A DNA stretch of 64,000 nucleotides from Camelus dromedarius (Eukaryota): assembly GCF_036321535.1 (NCBI RefSeq), contig NC_087436.1, forward strand, positions 103,046,001 to 103,110,000. The letters are read 5' to 3'. Shown here piece by piece: positions 1 through 12,417 of the stretch. The notes beneath the pieces are model-generated. The model saw only the letters and a list, made by a program, of their open reading frames with translations, was not told the DNA's origin and did no database searches. How positions within the stretch are numbered: position 1 is the stretch's first letter; each line of letters opens with the position of its first letter. Position numbers and translations under genes: made by a program.

Positions 1-19
1 ATGCAATGATTCATATCTC

Positions 20-90
20 TCAAGTGGATTATAAACTCCTAGAGGGAAGTCATTTTGTTCTACATTCATTTTATTAATTGATTAATTAAT
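20..90 (+). mobile_element. L2 LINE 3' fragment
   Basis: gattataaactcctagagggaagtcattttgttc resembles the L2 3' motif (gactgtaagctccatgagggcagggac..tgtcttgttc). Confidence 0.4.
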
Positions 91-2159
91 CTGACACAAA
101 GTTAGAAGGCAGTAGGATTAGTAAATACCACAAGATTGATGAACTAAAGTTCATACTTAATATGCATAGCAGTACATATTTGTTGTATTTTTGTGATAAA
201 GTTGACATAAAATGAAATAATATATGTAAAACATGCAATAAAGTGCCTGTAACAAAACAGATGAGGTAATACGTATGGTTTCCTTTCAGTTCTGTCCTTA
301 ATTCTATGTTCTCATAAAAGTGTGAGTATGAAAAACATGCACACAATTTTCTCTCTTGGCAAGATGTTTGTTTTTGCGTGGGCACAACAGACAGACCAGG
401 ATGGCGTCATTACAGATAGCACACACAATAAACCTTGTGTATGCTCAAGTCTGTCTGTAATAGCCAACTTTGAAACCCATACGAGCAGCCTAAGAAAGTA
501 AGAAAGAAGAATCTCCATGTATTTCATTGGGAAAAAAAGCATCGCAACGAATTGCTTTCTTAGGAGATAATGTAACACAGGTCCAGCTTCCGGAAAAAAA
601 AAAACAAAACATGCTGGCTTCTCATTTTGCATTTTACATCAATTTGTCCGAATTTTGTTTGGTTGATTGCACTGAATTGTCTTGTTTTTGAAAAACAGCA
701 ACAGATTAAGAGAGAGCTCTCTACAGGAGAAAAAATATGCTTCTGGGAAGAAAAAGAGCAGAACAGGAGAGAAGGCATTATGAATGTGGCTAGTTGTAAG
801 AATATTCTCTTAACAATTTTTTTTTTAGTGACCAGTGGCAGCTTTTTGAACTCACTTTGTTGGCCACAACAATTAACAGATTACTAGGTACTCAAAGCAG
901 TCTTTATCACACAAAGTTAGAGCATCCTTGCCACAAAGAAACCAACTAATAAATAAACATACATGGAGGTCAGCAATAGTTCAGAATTAATTCCACTTCC
1001 TCCGAAGCTATGGCTGCAGTAATTCAAAGTAAATGATAATATATTATACCCCAAGTCCATAACCTTAGAAAATAAAAGCCTAGTTGGTGCTTGACTTACA
1101 CGAGCAAAACAAGTTTACAGTGCATAGGTCTGTGTTGTTTGGCAAGTAGTCAATAAAACTGTACCTTATGACTTTCTCTCCTAAAGTTCTAATCAAAACA
1201 ATTTATTTCAGGCATGTAAACCCTGCTTTTCAGGCTGAAGCTATTGTCAGCACGTGCAGCGGCATCAGCAGTAGCTGATGCAATTCTTGGATTGAGAGTC
1301 TCAGAGCTCCCCCATCTGTCTCCGTAACGGTTGGATTTCATACTGGATCAATACAGCATGTCAACTATAGTGCAAAGATTTTCCCCCTAACCTTTATAAT
1401 GCCAATTTCCCTGCTTCCAGCCTTGCCCAGCATAAAAGCAATATCTGAGGATATTATGCAAAGGATCTGGAGCTAATAGAGCTAGGAAGACATTAGCTAC
1501 CAGCACACTAATGGCTGGAGGCCAAGCATTCAGACATAATAGCCCATTTGACATCTTAAACTTTAGCCACACAAAGAGAATGTCTTTTCATGCTAGATGT
1601 TAACTTGCTTGTTTCTGTGAGCGCAGGACAGTGGGTAAAGACAAGAAAGAGATCTGTAAACAAAGCCACAGTTTATTTTTGTGTGAGAGTCATCTGGCTA
1701 CTCTGGTTGGTCCTCTGAATGTATTTCTCTCTCATCAGCAGTGGGAAAGGAGAATTGAATGTGATGTGTTTGTCTTCGTAAAAGGTATAACTAGATCCTG
1801 GGGGGAGACGAAGTGTTTTGCTTTGTTTCTGCTCCAGTTCTCTACTGAGAAATAAAACCAAGAGGATTCAATTCTTTTCCTTGCAATGAACTTGGAGCTG
1901 CCATGACTCACTGCTCACAGCCACAGCGAGCGGATCGCTGTGTATCACTGCCCCTCAGTGGCTGGCCAACAGCAAACCTTTTTAACACCTATGGAACATC
2001 AGAGGCTCAGAGTGAGTAGAGAGCACAGGCTCTCCCCTCTGGTTCTCAGAGCAGGTGCCAGAGACTTAATGTGCACACCCACCCCTTTCTAGATGATGTC
2101 TGGCTTCTCCATGTCTGGGAATGCAGAGGAAAGGACAAGTACTCTGTGATTGGAGACCG

Positions 2160-2330
2160 GGGATTGTATCTCCCGGCTGTGAGATCTCAGGAAAGTTGCT
2201 TAACCTCTCTGAGCTTCTTTATTTTCTCCCTCCAAAATGGAATTAGCAACTACCGACCTAAACTGATGCAGTAGGATAAACTGAGCTACAGCAGGGGAAC
2301 AACTAGCAAAACATCTGACATGGCTTGGCC
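2160..2330 (+). mobile_element. MIR SINE
   Basis: MIR core: tgtgagatctcaggaaagttgcttaacctctctgagcttc...aaaatggaatta. Confidence 0.75.
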
Positions 2331-2333
2331 TCC

Positions 2334-2353
2334 ATGATGATGATGATGATGAT
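2334..2353 (+). repeat. (GAT)n microsatellite
   Basis: atgatgatgatgatgatgat. Confidence 0.9.
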
Positions 2354-2447
2354 TGTAAGAAAAATTTATGAAATACGTGATCCTCCCACTCTTTTGTAAC
2401 ACCCAGAAAATGTAAGCACGTCAGCTAAAAATGTCCAAATGACACAG

Positions 2448-2936
2448 TATAGAGGAACAAAATCTGCCATCCCCAAAATGTGGCTCTTAGGCATGAGGGT
2501 TGTTTTGTGCTGGTTATTTTTGAGAATCAGGAGTAGACTCAGGAAGTTTTTCTTTTTACCTGCTCCTTAATTTTCTAAAATAATATAGATATGGAGCCTG
2601 CGCCAGGAAGTGAGCTATTACCAAAGATAACTCCTTTTTACATCAGAAAAACTCCTCTGCACGGCCTGGAAAACACTGGTTCACCAAACCTTTGCTCTTC
2701 CCATCTCCCTATGAATTGTCTTCCTCCCCTTCCAGACCCCTGTGGGCTCCTCCTCAGCTCAAGGTAGCATATAAGCCTCAACTGCCTGTCTGTGGGTCTC
2801 ATATTCTTAGGGAGCCCCTGTAACTATGTCTGTAATTAGATTTGTTTTTCCCCTGCTAATCTGTCTTATGTTAATTTCATTATTAGACCAGCCAAAGAAG
2901 CAAGAAGGGTAGAGAAAATATTTTTCCTCCCTTACA
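2448..2936 (+). mobile_element. ERV1-class solo LTR
   Basis: Starts T(A)TAGAGGAA and ends TTCCTCCCTTACA; TATA-like catataa ~2769; degenerate polyA signal ~2834; near 4-bp TSD acag/acat. Confidence 0.8.
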
Positions 2937-2999
2937 ACATCAATTTAGTTGTGATTTGTGGGTTAGATTATGGTTTTTGTGAAATTAGAATTTAATTAA

Positions 3000-3520
3000 A
3001 TTGTTCACATATTTATCGGTAGCCTACTGTTCTGTACAGTCAATATGCATAGAAAAAAATAAGTAATATTCATGGATTTAAGAAGCAGCTCTTACACTAG
3101 TGGAAGGGCCAGGGATGCAAACTTATCTAATTGGACTTTACCAAATTAAAGATGCATAGTAAGTGCTATCAGATTATAGAGGAGAAAGGCATTAGCAGCC
3201 TCACCATAGTTTTCACAGAGAAGGTAATGTAATATTACTTGAAATAATCATTTTAGAGTTGGACAAAACAAGAGGGAAATATTCTAAGGAGGGATAAGAG
3301 CAAAGGTAAGTACTTCAAAAAAAAAAAAAAGAATGATGTATTCAAAAAATAATTAAAAAATTGAGTGGCAAAAGCATGAGCTATGTGTTAGGAATAATAA
3401 CCAATAAAGGTGAACAGAACAGATTTTGAAGAGCCTCACTGTGCTGAAGTTGTACATCCTATATACTCTAAGCAGTAAGGAGTCATGAGGGAACATACTG
3501 TGTGCTTTAGAAAATTTTCT
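3000..3520 (-). mobile_element. L2 LINE fragment
   Basis: Antisense L2 3' end (ttcacatatttatcggtagcctactgt) followed by a purine-rich L2 body (ttcacagagaaggtaatgt, attctaaggagggataagagcaaagg). Confidence 0.55.
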
Positions 3521-3959
3521 TTATTTTGGTTTAAGGTGAAAATATTTAAAATGTGTTTTTTCCAATATTGTCTGTTATATCAAAACTAAATACTTTATAT
3601 GCACTTTCAAGGTCATGAATCATTATACTGGATGCCTACTTACCTCCTCTATAAATTCTGCCATTTTTGTTGCTACCTCTATCATTCCTTCTCAAAAACT
3701 CAGTCTTCCATTGGTCTATAATTTGATTCTCTCATTGTTAATGTTAGCTGTATGTGAATATTGTTCTCCATTCCGAAATACAGTATTCTGCTCAGACAGT
3801 AGTGGGTCGCTGGAGACACCTTGCATATCTTACTGGGGTCATTCTGTATGTGAAGTAAAACCTTTGGCTACCTTATAAAGATGTGAAAATTATAAAGTAT
3901 CACAAAAAGATGAATGATATTCCCCCAAAGGCATAGGATGATATGTCAGCTAAATCTAC

Positions 3960-4756
3960 AAATGCACCCAAATACCTGTCTATGTCTGTTAATATCATGA
4001 GTGATACCCAGGTCCAGGACACCATCATTTCTCACCCGGACTACTGCATTGGCTATAATCATTTTAAAACATAAGCCAACCAACTGAACCTCCCTCTTTA
4101 AAACTCTTTAATTCATAATTTCATTGAAAATAAGGCAGAGGGGCTGGGTATAGCTCAGTAGTAGAGTGCATGTTCAGCATGCACGAGGTCCTCCTGAGTT
4201 CAATTCCCAGTACCTCCATTAAAAAAACAAGACAAAACAAAGATAGAAACTTTAATTCACGTCTGACAAGGTTTTTACAGCATCTTGAACCTCATCGCAC
4301 TCCCGTGCTTCTATGTTACCACCCTTCTACAGCCACACAGGTTTTCTTGTTCTTCTAACAGCTAAACTATTTTCTACCACAGGGCCTTTGCTCTCTTCTA
4401 CCTTTCCTGGAACGTTAACCTTCTATGTATTTGAATGTCTCACCCCTCCGCTTCATCAAGGTTTTGATTCAAAGACTTCTGTTAGGAAGAGTGGTCCTGA
4501 CCACACAATGTAAAGCAGATCCTTCCTTCATGCATCATTCTCTGCTCTCTATCACATCATGCCTTTTGATTTCCTTCTTGGCACTTACTGCAAGCATAAA
4601 TTATTGTAATTTTTACTGATTTTCTTTTTATACTCTGTCATCTCAATCAGAGCCGTCTGTCTGATTTACCTTTGCTTCCTCAGCACTACAAGTAGTGTGG
4701 GCATGAGTGTTTATTAAATATTCGTTGAATGAGTGAATGAATGAACGAATGAATGA
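3960..4756 (+). mobile_element. L2 LINE 3' portion, interrupted by a SINE
   Basis: ccaggtccaggacaccatcatttctcacccggactactgc; agggcctttgctct..cctggaac; 3' tail taaatattcgttgaatgagtgaatgaatgaa. Confidence 0.85.
4140..4227 (+). mobile_element. tRNA-Ala(AGC)-derived SINE, Vic-1-like (camelid)
   Basis: ggggctgggtatagctcagtagtagagtgcatgttcagcatgcacgaggtcc...gttcaattcccagtacctcc plus A tail; A and B boxes; degenerate TSD aaaataaggcaga (4127-4139) / aaaacaagacaaa (4224-4236). Confidence 0.85.
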
Positions 4757-4870
4757 TTCACTAAAAAAGTCACATGAGAATAAAAGTGAAATAGAAAGCA
4801 ACGGAGATGCTAAATCCAAAAGGAGAACAAAAAAGACAGGGAGCAGACTAAATGAAGAAAGCAAGAGCAT

Positions 4871-4904
4871 CACACATTTTAACACACATTTTAACACAAT
4901 TTAA
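4871..4904 (+). repeat. 12-bp tandem repeat (cacacattttaa) ~2.8 copies
   Basis: cacacattttaa cacacattttaa cacaatttaa. Confidence 0.85.
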
Positions 4905-5642
4905 GATAGGGAACAAAAAAAGAAAAGGAGATGTAGCTAGTGTCATGGCCATATTTATAGTCAATGATTTAAATTCATTACATCAGCGGATAAGTGGGAG
5001 CACCTGGAATTAATCCTCCTCCCTGTGACTGCACACGCTCTGGGGACCAGCTGAAGGACGTGTAAGAAGTCCACGTAAGCAGCCTCCACCCGGACCTGCA
5101 GGGGGCTGGGGGGGTTATGCACGTTTCTGCAGCACAGCAGTGGCCTCTGGAAGGTCACTGCCCCACTGCAGGACCTCCCCATGGGTCTTGTAGCAGAGCT
5201 CTGGCACGTACAGGAGCAGGAATGATCTCGCCTGCCATGAGGAGATACGGTCCTAATTTCAACAAGCTGGGTTTGAGTACCTGCTTCCTGGCAGAGAAAG
5301 GAAAGAGGCGAGGCAATGAAGGGAGGACCAAAGTCTTGGAAACAGAAACAATCTTATGCTGGTCGCTATTTTGAGAATTCTGTCAGGTGAGTAATTCCAA
5401 AGCCGTTAACAGCAGAATGAAAAAGCAAGGTCAGAATTAGACCGGGAGGTACCTGAGGTGTGTTCAGACTGTTAGTTTAAGTCTTTCTCTAACCTGCCTG
5501 CTTAAGGCAGAGGCTGACGGTGGTGCCTTCTCTGTAGGTGTGAAACAAGTGCCCTCGACTGAGAAGGGAAAACCACCACATCTAGAATCAGGTGGTTCAG
5601 GTCAAAAAGGTGGCCAACACTGGCATTCTAGTTGGATTTGTT

Positions 5643-5671
5643 TTGTTGTTGTTGTTGTTGTTGTTGTTGTT
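5643..5671 (+). repeat. (TTG)n microsatellite
   Basis: ttgttgttg... run. Confidence 0.95.
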
Positions 5672-5939
5672 CTTGAGCAAATGAAAATACTGCCTGCAAA
5701 TGACTAAAAAATATTTATCATTAACAGTGCTAGTCATCACACAAACTTTCTAACAGGCATTCTCTCTCATTTGGCTGAGAAACTAGTAGGAAGAGCTGCT
5801 AGCCAGGGAGACGGATCCGTGTGGCCCAGAATGCTAATATAAACGCTGATCTCCTGCATCTGTGAGAACCACATGGAATGAATAGTAACACTGGGTATTG
5901 CAGGTTTTATGCCGGAAAAAAAATGCCTGTGATTAGAGG

Positions 5940-6620
5940 TAAGTTCCTGGGGAATAAAAGAAATGTGGAGGCAGAATTACAGACTTAGTACAGGAAAACA
6001 GATTAAGGCTGAGAAAAACTAAGATAAAAAGAGATTTGGCAAGACGCTGAAATGCTTTTAAATCCATGCAAATGACTGACAAGGGGAAACAAATAAGTTG
6101 AAAGGATAAAACAATGTGTTTTAGAGCAAGACAAAAGATCAGCCACAGGGACAACACATTAAAAAACTGCTTATGTCCTGATTTACGAGTTACCGAACAG
6201 TACAAAATGCCTTGAAAATGTTGTCAATAATGTACAATAAAAACAACAGTCAAGCAAAGAACATTAAATGAGCAAATAAGAAAAAATCAGAGTGACCTGG
6301 GTAAGCAATATTATGCAAATGAAATGGAGGGATTCTGCTTAAAAGAAAAAAAGAATCCATTGCAAATCTTAAATGGAGTATTTGGGGAAGATTTTTACTT
6401 TAAGTAGATTGAAGTTTGCCTGAGTAAGGTACTGATCAAATCCTGATGCATCACACTACAGAGAAACAGGGTAACAACCCTCAGTTCTGCAATTCTGATA
6501 TATTCAACTCTATATCTTGTCCCCTAAGTGGTGAAATATGAAAGTTATTAATCTGGAGTTCCTATGAAGCGTTTTGGATATGGGGAGGTTGAAGACTTGT
6601 GAATAACTTAAAATCATAAA
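5940..6620 (+). mobile_element. possible highly decayed CR1/L3 ORF2 fragment
   Basis: Weak resemblance of gaattacagacttagtacagg...gagaaaaactaag...gagatttggcaag...gcttttaaatccat to recalled CR1 ORF2 sequence. Confidence 0.25.
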
Positions 6621-9537
6621 CAAATTGAGGGGGAATGGGGCCTACTGCTGTCTTCATTTTTTCCAAAAAAGTCCTAAACTTTAAAGTTTTTTTCTCAACT
6701 TTAAAGTTTTAGAAGTACTGAATGGTTACCAAATGATATGAAAGCTGAATGTAATGTTTGTAGATCATAAAATTTATAGATTACATACATAGCATAACAT
6801 ATAGATCACATATATACATGTGTGTATGAAATGTATATATAGTTATTATATATTATTATCAATAAGCATTAATTTATGTTTTACATAACCATTTGGTCAC
6901 CATTCATATATATAATAACTTGTGGAACTGCGAATAAATGGTGACATTCAGTGAACAGTGGCTTGTTTCGGGAACTACATACATGATGCAATACAGAGTC
7001 AGCAATAAAGGTGGATAATTATCTCCAAAAGCACATTGGAATGTCTGCATTTCCTTTTCTCTCTCAATCAGTCCTAAATATACATGATGGTTGTACCTGA
7101 TATAACCAGTTTAACTATTTTCTCAAATTACCATTTAATCGTCTTCATTAATTAAAAGATAACATAATTTCATTTCTCATTCAATCACTATTTCAATAGT
7201 TTGAGATTAAATTATTAAATGTTTGAGGTATATTTTATGTTTCCATTTTGCTAGATTTTTCTCTCTCCTATAATGGCCAGAAATAATTTTCATCTGGAAA
7301 AAGCTTGCCTCTCTAAGGGCATAAAATCTCATACAGAAAAATGAAGGTCTTGATTCAGCTGTCTGTCTATAAAACCATATAGCTAATTAAATTGAACTGC
7401 TATTGTGTGGCGATGGCATGATAATTAATCACGGGACGAGGCTAAAAACCTAGAATAGAGAAGCTTTCTGTTCTCCGTGCGGTCAGAAAGGGTGAAGTGG
7501 TCATGGTATTCATTAAAAACTTAAAGCAGTGGCATCCACTGTTTTTTAAATCAAATACTGGACCTAAAGGGTGAGTAATAAGTTTAAACAATGACAGCAT
7601 GAGCATAGGTACTCAGAGAAGCACCTTGGAATTCTGAGATCTGGACCAAACATTTCAAGATCGGACCCTTGCCCTATTTCAGTTGCAAAATAAATAGCTT
7701 TATAACCTCTGAACTGCAGAGAAAATGTACGGGAAATCTTCTGAGAGGTCTACTGTATGTAAACTGAGAAGATTCTGCTAATGTTCTGTTACCCAAATAT
7801 GAATTTGGGCAGACCTCGACAGACTATCTCGTATGTTAACATTTTCCCTTTTAAAACATTCATTTGTTTTTAAACTCTAAATTTTGTTTTATCTACAGGT
7901 CTCTCAATACAATGACATTCAGCCAATGCTTAACTAGGAGCAATTTATATGTGCTTTCCCCAAATTTATGTCCTCTGCAACAACATTTTAAACAAAAGGA
8001 TATCAGAGAAAATTCTTGAATTATATTCCAAGTATAATTTGTAGAATGTCATAGTTAACTACGGAAAATTTGAAAAACCTATGGATTCCCAACAGTTGGA
8101 GAGTGTCTTTTGCCTATTGTGGGCCAAAGAGAGGCATTCTGGCCAAATGGACCAGATATAAGGTTTTCTCTACCATACTATTTTCATCTGAGCATGATTT
8201 TACTATGTCTTTGTATTTAGCCCTTGTTTTTGTCTCTTACAATAAAATGAATCCTTAAGAAGTTGAGAGAATATTGAAGAAAATTGTACAGAAGGAGGCA
8301 AAGCAGATGAAAAGAGTAATTACCAGAGAGAAGAGCATGTTTCTGTATATAAAACAACTGTTTATTAATAATCGTATTTAGTATTTTGAAGGCCAAGTAG
8401 CAATGTTTAAAGCAATTTGAATGCTTACCTGATAGCTTCATACTTCTTTTCTGGCATTTTGCAAAATTTACCTACATTTGTGGATAGTGTTTGCACATTT
8501 TGGATATGCATGTAGCACTTTACAACATTTCTCATTTAAACTAATGAGATTTTGGGTCCTATTAGGATTTTAGGGCAGAAAGTCTGACTTTCAGTAAAGG
8601 ATTACTAACTTTAACTGGGTGATTGATTTTGGTCCTTCTAACTCTCCGAAATGTCAGGTGGATGACTCATGGATGCTTCTTCCTGGAATCTAGCATCATT
8701 TTTAGGCAAAACTTCAGCCTCTTCAAGGTTGCTCTTGTTGCCCCGTGATCAGAGACAGTAAGTATTACATCTTCGCGAGACAAAGCCATGAATCCCTCCT
8801 ACTGTAGAGCTGCACGCAGTGCTATAGTGAAGGGAGATCAGACAAGGTTGAAAGGAAGATCTCTGAACGCGGAAGTTGGTTTAACACTATAGGCTCCTCT
8901 AATATATTGACCTGGAGCCCATGACAATGGCTATTTTACCCATGGGACTTTGTTAATTTAGATAAGACACTTACTCACAGAGAAAGTGTGTCATTTGGAA
9001 AACAAGAGCAGCTCTACTTGACTACACTTAGGTAAAATCTAAGACAATACACACATTAACTATTCATGAGAGGTGAACAATTTAACCTCAAATTATTTTT
9101 TAAAATATGACTGAATAAGTGGTAAAATAAATTTACGATACAACTAAAATGTTTACTTTTAACAAAAATGTGTATGTTAGATTTGAAAAGAAGCTTTCAT
9201 TTTAAATGTCAAATGAATCCAGGAATATATGTCATGCTCTTGGCATTCCCAATTGTGAGTGACTTTCCATAGCTGTCTTACTTTGCAAAGTATATATCTT
9301 GATCATACACAGCAGCTTGCAGAGGGAGAAATGAGTTTCTGTATTTCTTGATTATGCAAATAATGACATTACCTTCTTAAATTCTTTTCAGTAATGGGTC
9401 AAAATCAAGCAAAGAAAGGAAAATGCTTAAAATCTGAAAAAAACATCCACCTTTCTGTATTAAAACATCATTGTGTAATGTGGATAGCAATGACTCACAT
9501 TTTTGCACCCACTCTCAGAGGTTAGTCTTCAAATTTG

Positions 9538-9665
9538 ACTTTCCTTCTTTGTTCCTTTCCTTCCTTCTTTCCTTTCTTCCTTCCCTCCTCGTCTTGTGCT
9601 TCCTGCTTTCCTGCCTTCTTTCCTTTTCTCACTCTCGCTCTTGCTTTTGCTCCTCTCTCTCTCTC
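9538..9665 (+). repeat. CT-rich (CCTT/CT) low-complexity tract
   Basis: ttccttcttt gttcctttcc ttccttcttt ... ctctctctctc. Confidence 0.85.
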
Positions 9666-10101
9666 AGCTGTAATTCTGAGGTTTGGAAACAGAGATTCCT
9701 ATCCGCATCATTGAAAGTCAGTTTCTAACTCTTCTGCAGCATTCTGGCTTTCAAAACAAGGCTCTTTTTTTTTCATGCAAATGTTCAAATAAAATTAGCT
9801 TCACTGTTTGAATGGCCGTTACTTTTGGTAAATGAACTTATAAAAATGTTTTAACATGAGGAGCATTTTTAGCCCAATAAGGAGAAACTGTGCTTTAATA
9901 TCCACTCTGTTTGGCTGGCAATCTCAAAAGCAGTTTCCTACTGAAAAATTGTTAAGGGGACTTGATGAATGATTTAGTTTAGTTACGCTAGATGGGTTAG
10001 CACATCTTGTAATACTCAGAGTTTTATTAGCCAGGAATATCAAGTTTATCTTTTCTACGTGTATGATTTCCCTTCTATATTCTTTAAGTTCTTACTTAGA
10101 T

Positions 10102-10323
10102 CAGTGTTTCTCACAATTATTCAGCTGGTTTAGCAGCTGCAAGTCACAGTGCTTAAGTGGAACACCACTGAAATACTGAGATACTGATTATACGGCACTT
10201 TTAAATTCCAAATACACAGTTTTGTGGCATTTCAGATACTATCTTACACACACACATGGGGTCAATAAGGAACAAGGAGAGTTTGTGTTCTAAGACAAAC
10301 ATATCTGGAAGAAAAACATACTG
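10102..10323. mobile_element. possible hAT-Charlie-type DNA transposon remnant
   Basis: ttaga-t-cagtgtttctca left end and gaaaaacatactg-ttttaaa right end resemble Charlie/MER5-group termini. Confidence 0.3.
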
Positions 10324-11259
10324 TTTTAAAAATATCTCCATTAGGTATTTTTTTCCTACAAATTGGAAAAAGACTCATTATTCAATTATAGCAGCAGAAC
10401 ACCTTGATCCTGGTAATGGAACATGTTCTGTACAATAATTATTTAAAAACTATCTTCCTACATTAACAGACTTTGACAAAAGACCAGCTAACTAAAGAAC
10501 ATGTGCCAGACTATAATCAACATGAAATTTCGCAGGATACTTAAATGCACAAAATTTATGCAACACTACATGATTTATGATCTAAGCAGATTGTTTTAAG
10601 CAAATATAAGATTAATGCCCATAAAACTGTTCTTTGTATTAATATTGTCTGCATATTTGGACACTCCTCAGGCAATAATTTACAGGGAAATTGATAAGAT
10701 AAGCAGTGGTCATGAAATTTTATGTTTTTATAAAAAGATAAAACAGAGTGGACCAAAAATCTAACAAATATGCATGAACTCATTAAATGACTGAAATGCA
10801 ATTTTTTAAAGAAAAGGCTGTCTTATAATAGTGCAAAGACTGCAGAGGAGATACACTCAGAGTGCCGTTTTCTGAACTGATTAGTGGTACAAGACATTCT
10901 CAGATCGTCAGTCATAGAAGAATGTTCGGACAAAAATCTACAGTCTATTCCTTCTAGAAAAGGTTGGTAAATTTAGGAGAATTTATTTAAAGTTGAGTTT
11001 TTTTCTTTATCAGTAGGTCTGCATCCGGCTTAACTCCTCAAGATGGTGATCAAATAATTGAGAGATGCATTTCTTGTTCACACAGGTAGTAGAGAGATTA
11101 GGTACCCAAAACACTGAGAAAAAGGTCAGGATGTGTATGTATGTATACATACTCTTCACTGCTAAGAACTAGGTGAATGATAAGTATCAACTGTAACTGG
11201 AATATTTAAAAAAAACAGAATTACAGCTATTTGGCCTAAAAATGTAACTAACAGTACAT

Positions 11260-11378
11260 AATTTAATTTTGCAAATGATGAAGCTGAATCTTAAAGAGGA
11301 TACGTGATGTGCCCAAACTATCTGCGAGAAAAGGGATCAAGGCTCCCGGTCTCTGCCCCCTAGTTAATGCTTCTTCTA
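11260..11378 (-). mobile_element. MIR SINE
   Basis: ttttgcaaatgatgaagctgaatcttaaagaggatacgtgatgtgcccaa (antisense MIR core). Confidence 0.7.
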
Positions 11379-11580
11379 ATTTCCCAGATTATAAACAACA
11401 CCTAAGTTATATATTAGACTTCCATATTGAATAATGCTTTTTCTTCTGCTCCTGGCATGTAGAGATGAGCAATGGACAATTTTTCTACAACTCTACTGTT
11501 CACAGAATTAGAATTAGAATTTTAAGCAGCCATTTACTCACTTGGAGAGAGCTGTTATACACACAGATCCTGTAATGCAT

Positions 11581-12417
11581 AAACAGACATTTCGCCAAAG
11601 AAGATAGACAAATGGCCAATAAGCATGTGAAAAGATGCTCAATATAATTATTAGGGAAATGCAAACCAAAACCCCAATGAGATATTATATCATTCCCATT
11701 AGGATGGCTTCTATCAAAACAAAAATAAGCAAAAAACTAAATTATCAAATTATGGTGAAATCAAAACCCTGGTACACTGTTCATGGGAATGTAAAATGGT
11801 AGAGCTGTTGTGGAAAACAATATGGTAATTCCTCAAAAATTGCTAATAGAATTACGACATGATGCAGCAATTCCACTCCTGGGGATATACCCTAAGGAAC
11901 TGAAAGCAGAGTCTCAAAGAGACACTTGTATACTCATAGCTACATTCATTATTCAAAGTAGCTAAAATGTGGAACCAACCTAAGGGTTCATCAGCACAGG
12001 AATGGATAAGTAAAATGTGTTTATATACATGCAATGGAACATTAAGCAGCCTTAAAAAAGAAGGGGGTTCTGACACATGTCACAACATGGATGAACTCTG
12101 ATGACGTTATGCTAAATGAAACAAGCCAGTCACAAAAATACACATACTGTATTACTACCCTTACAGGAGGTATTTCGGGTAGTCAAAATCACAGAGACAA
12201 AAGTAGAATGGTGATTGTTAGGGGCTGGGGGAGGGAGGAGTGATGATCCATTGTTTAATGGATGTAGAGTTTCAGTTTTACAAGATAAGAAGAGTTAAGG
12301 CATGGATGGTGGTGTTGGTTGCACAACACTATGAGTGTATTCATACTATTAAGCTAAACACTTCATGTTTAAGATGATACATTTTATGTTATTTGTATTT
12401 TACTACAATAACAAAAA
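11581..12417 (+). mobile_element. L1 (L1MA/L1MB-type) ORF2 C-terminus plus 3' UTR, 5'-truncated
   Basis: aacagacatttcgccaaagaagatagacaaatggccaataagcatgtgaaaagatgctca ... gcaattccactcctggggatataccc ... ttttactacaataa; degenerate TSD agatcctgtaatgcata / agacctatggtgcata; flanks read as one antisense L2 tail. Confidence 0.92.

Noticed and set aside
4140..4217. Functional tRNA-Ala gene
   Set aside because: Insertion before the T arm, imperfect stems, A-rich tail, TSD and location inside an L2 indicate a SINE
11350..11368. CTCF site (minus-strand taACTAGGGGGCAG)
   Set aside because: Lacks the leading CC and lies in a decayed MIR; not supportable without ChIP data
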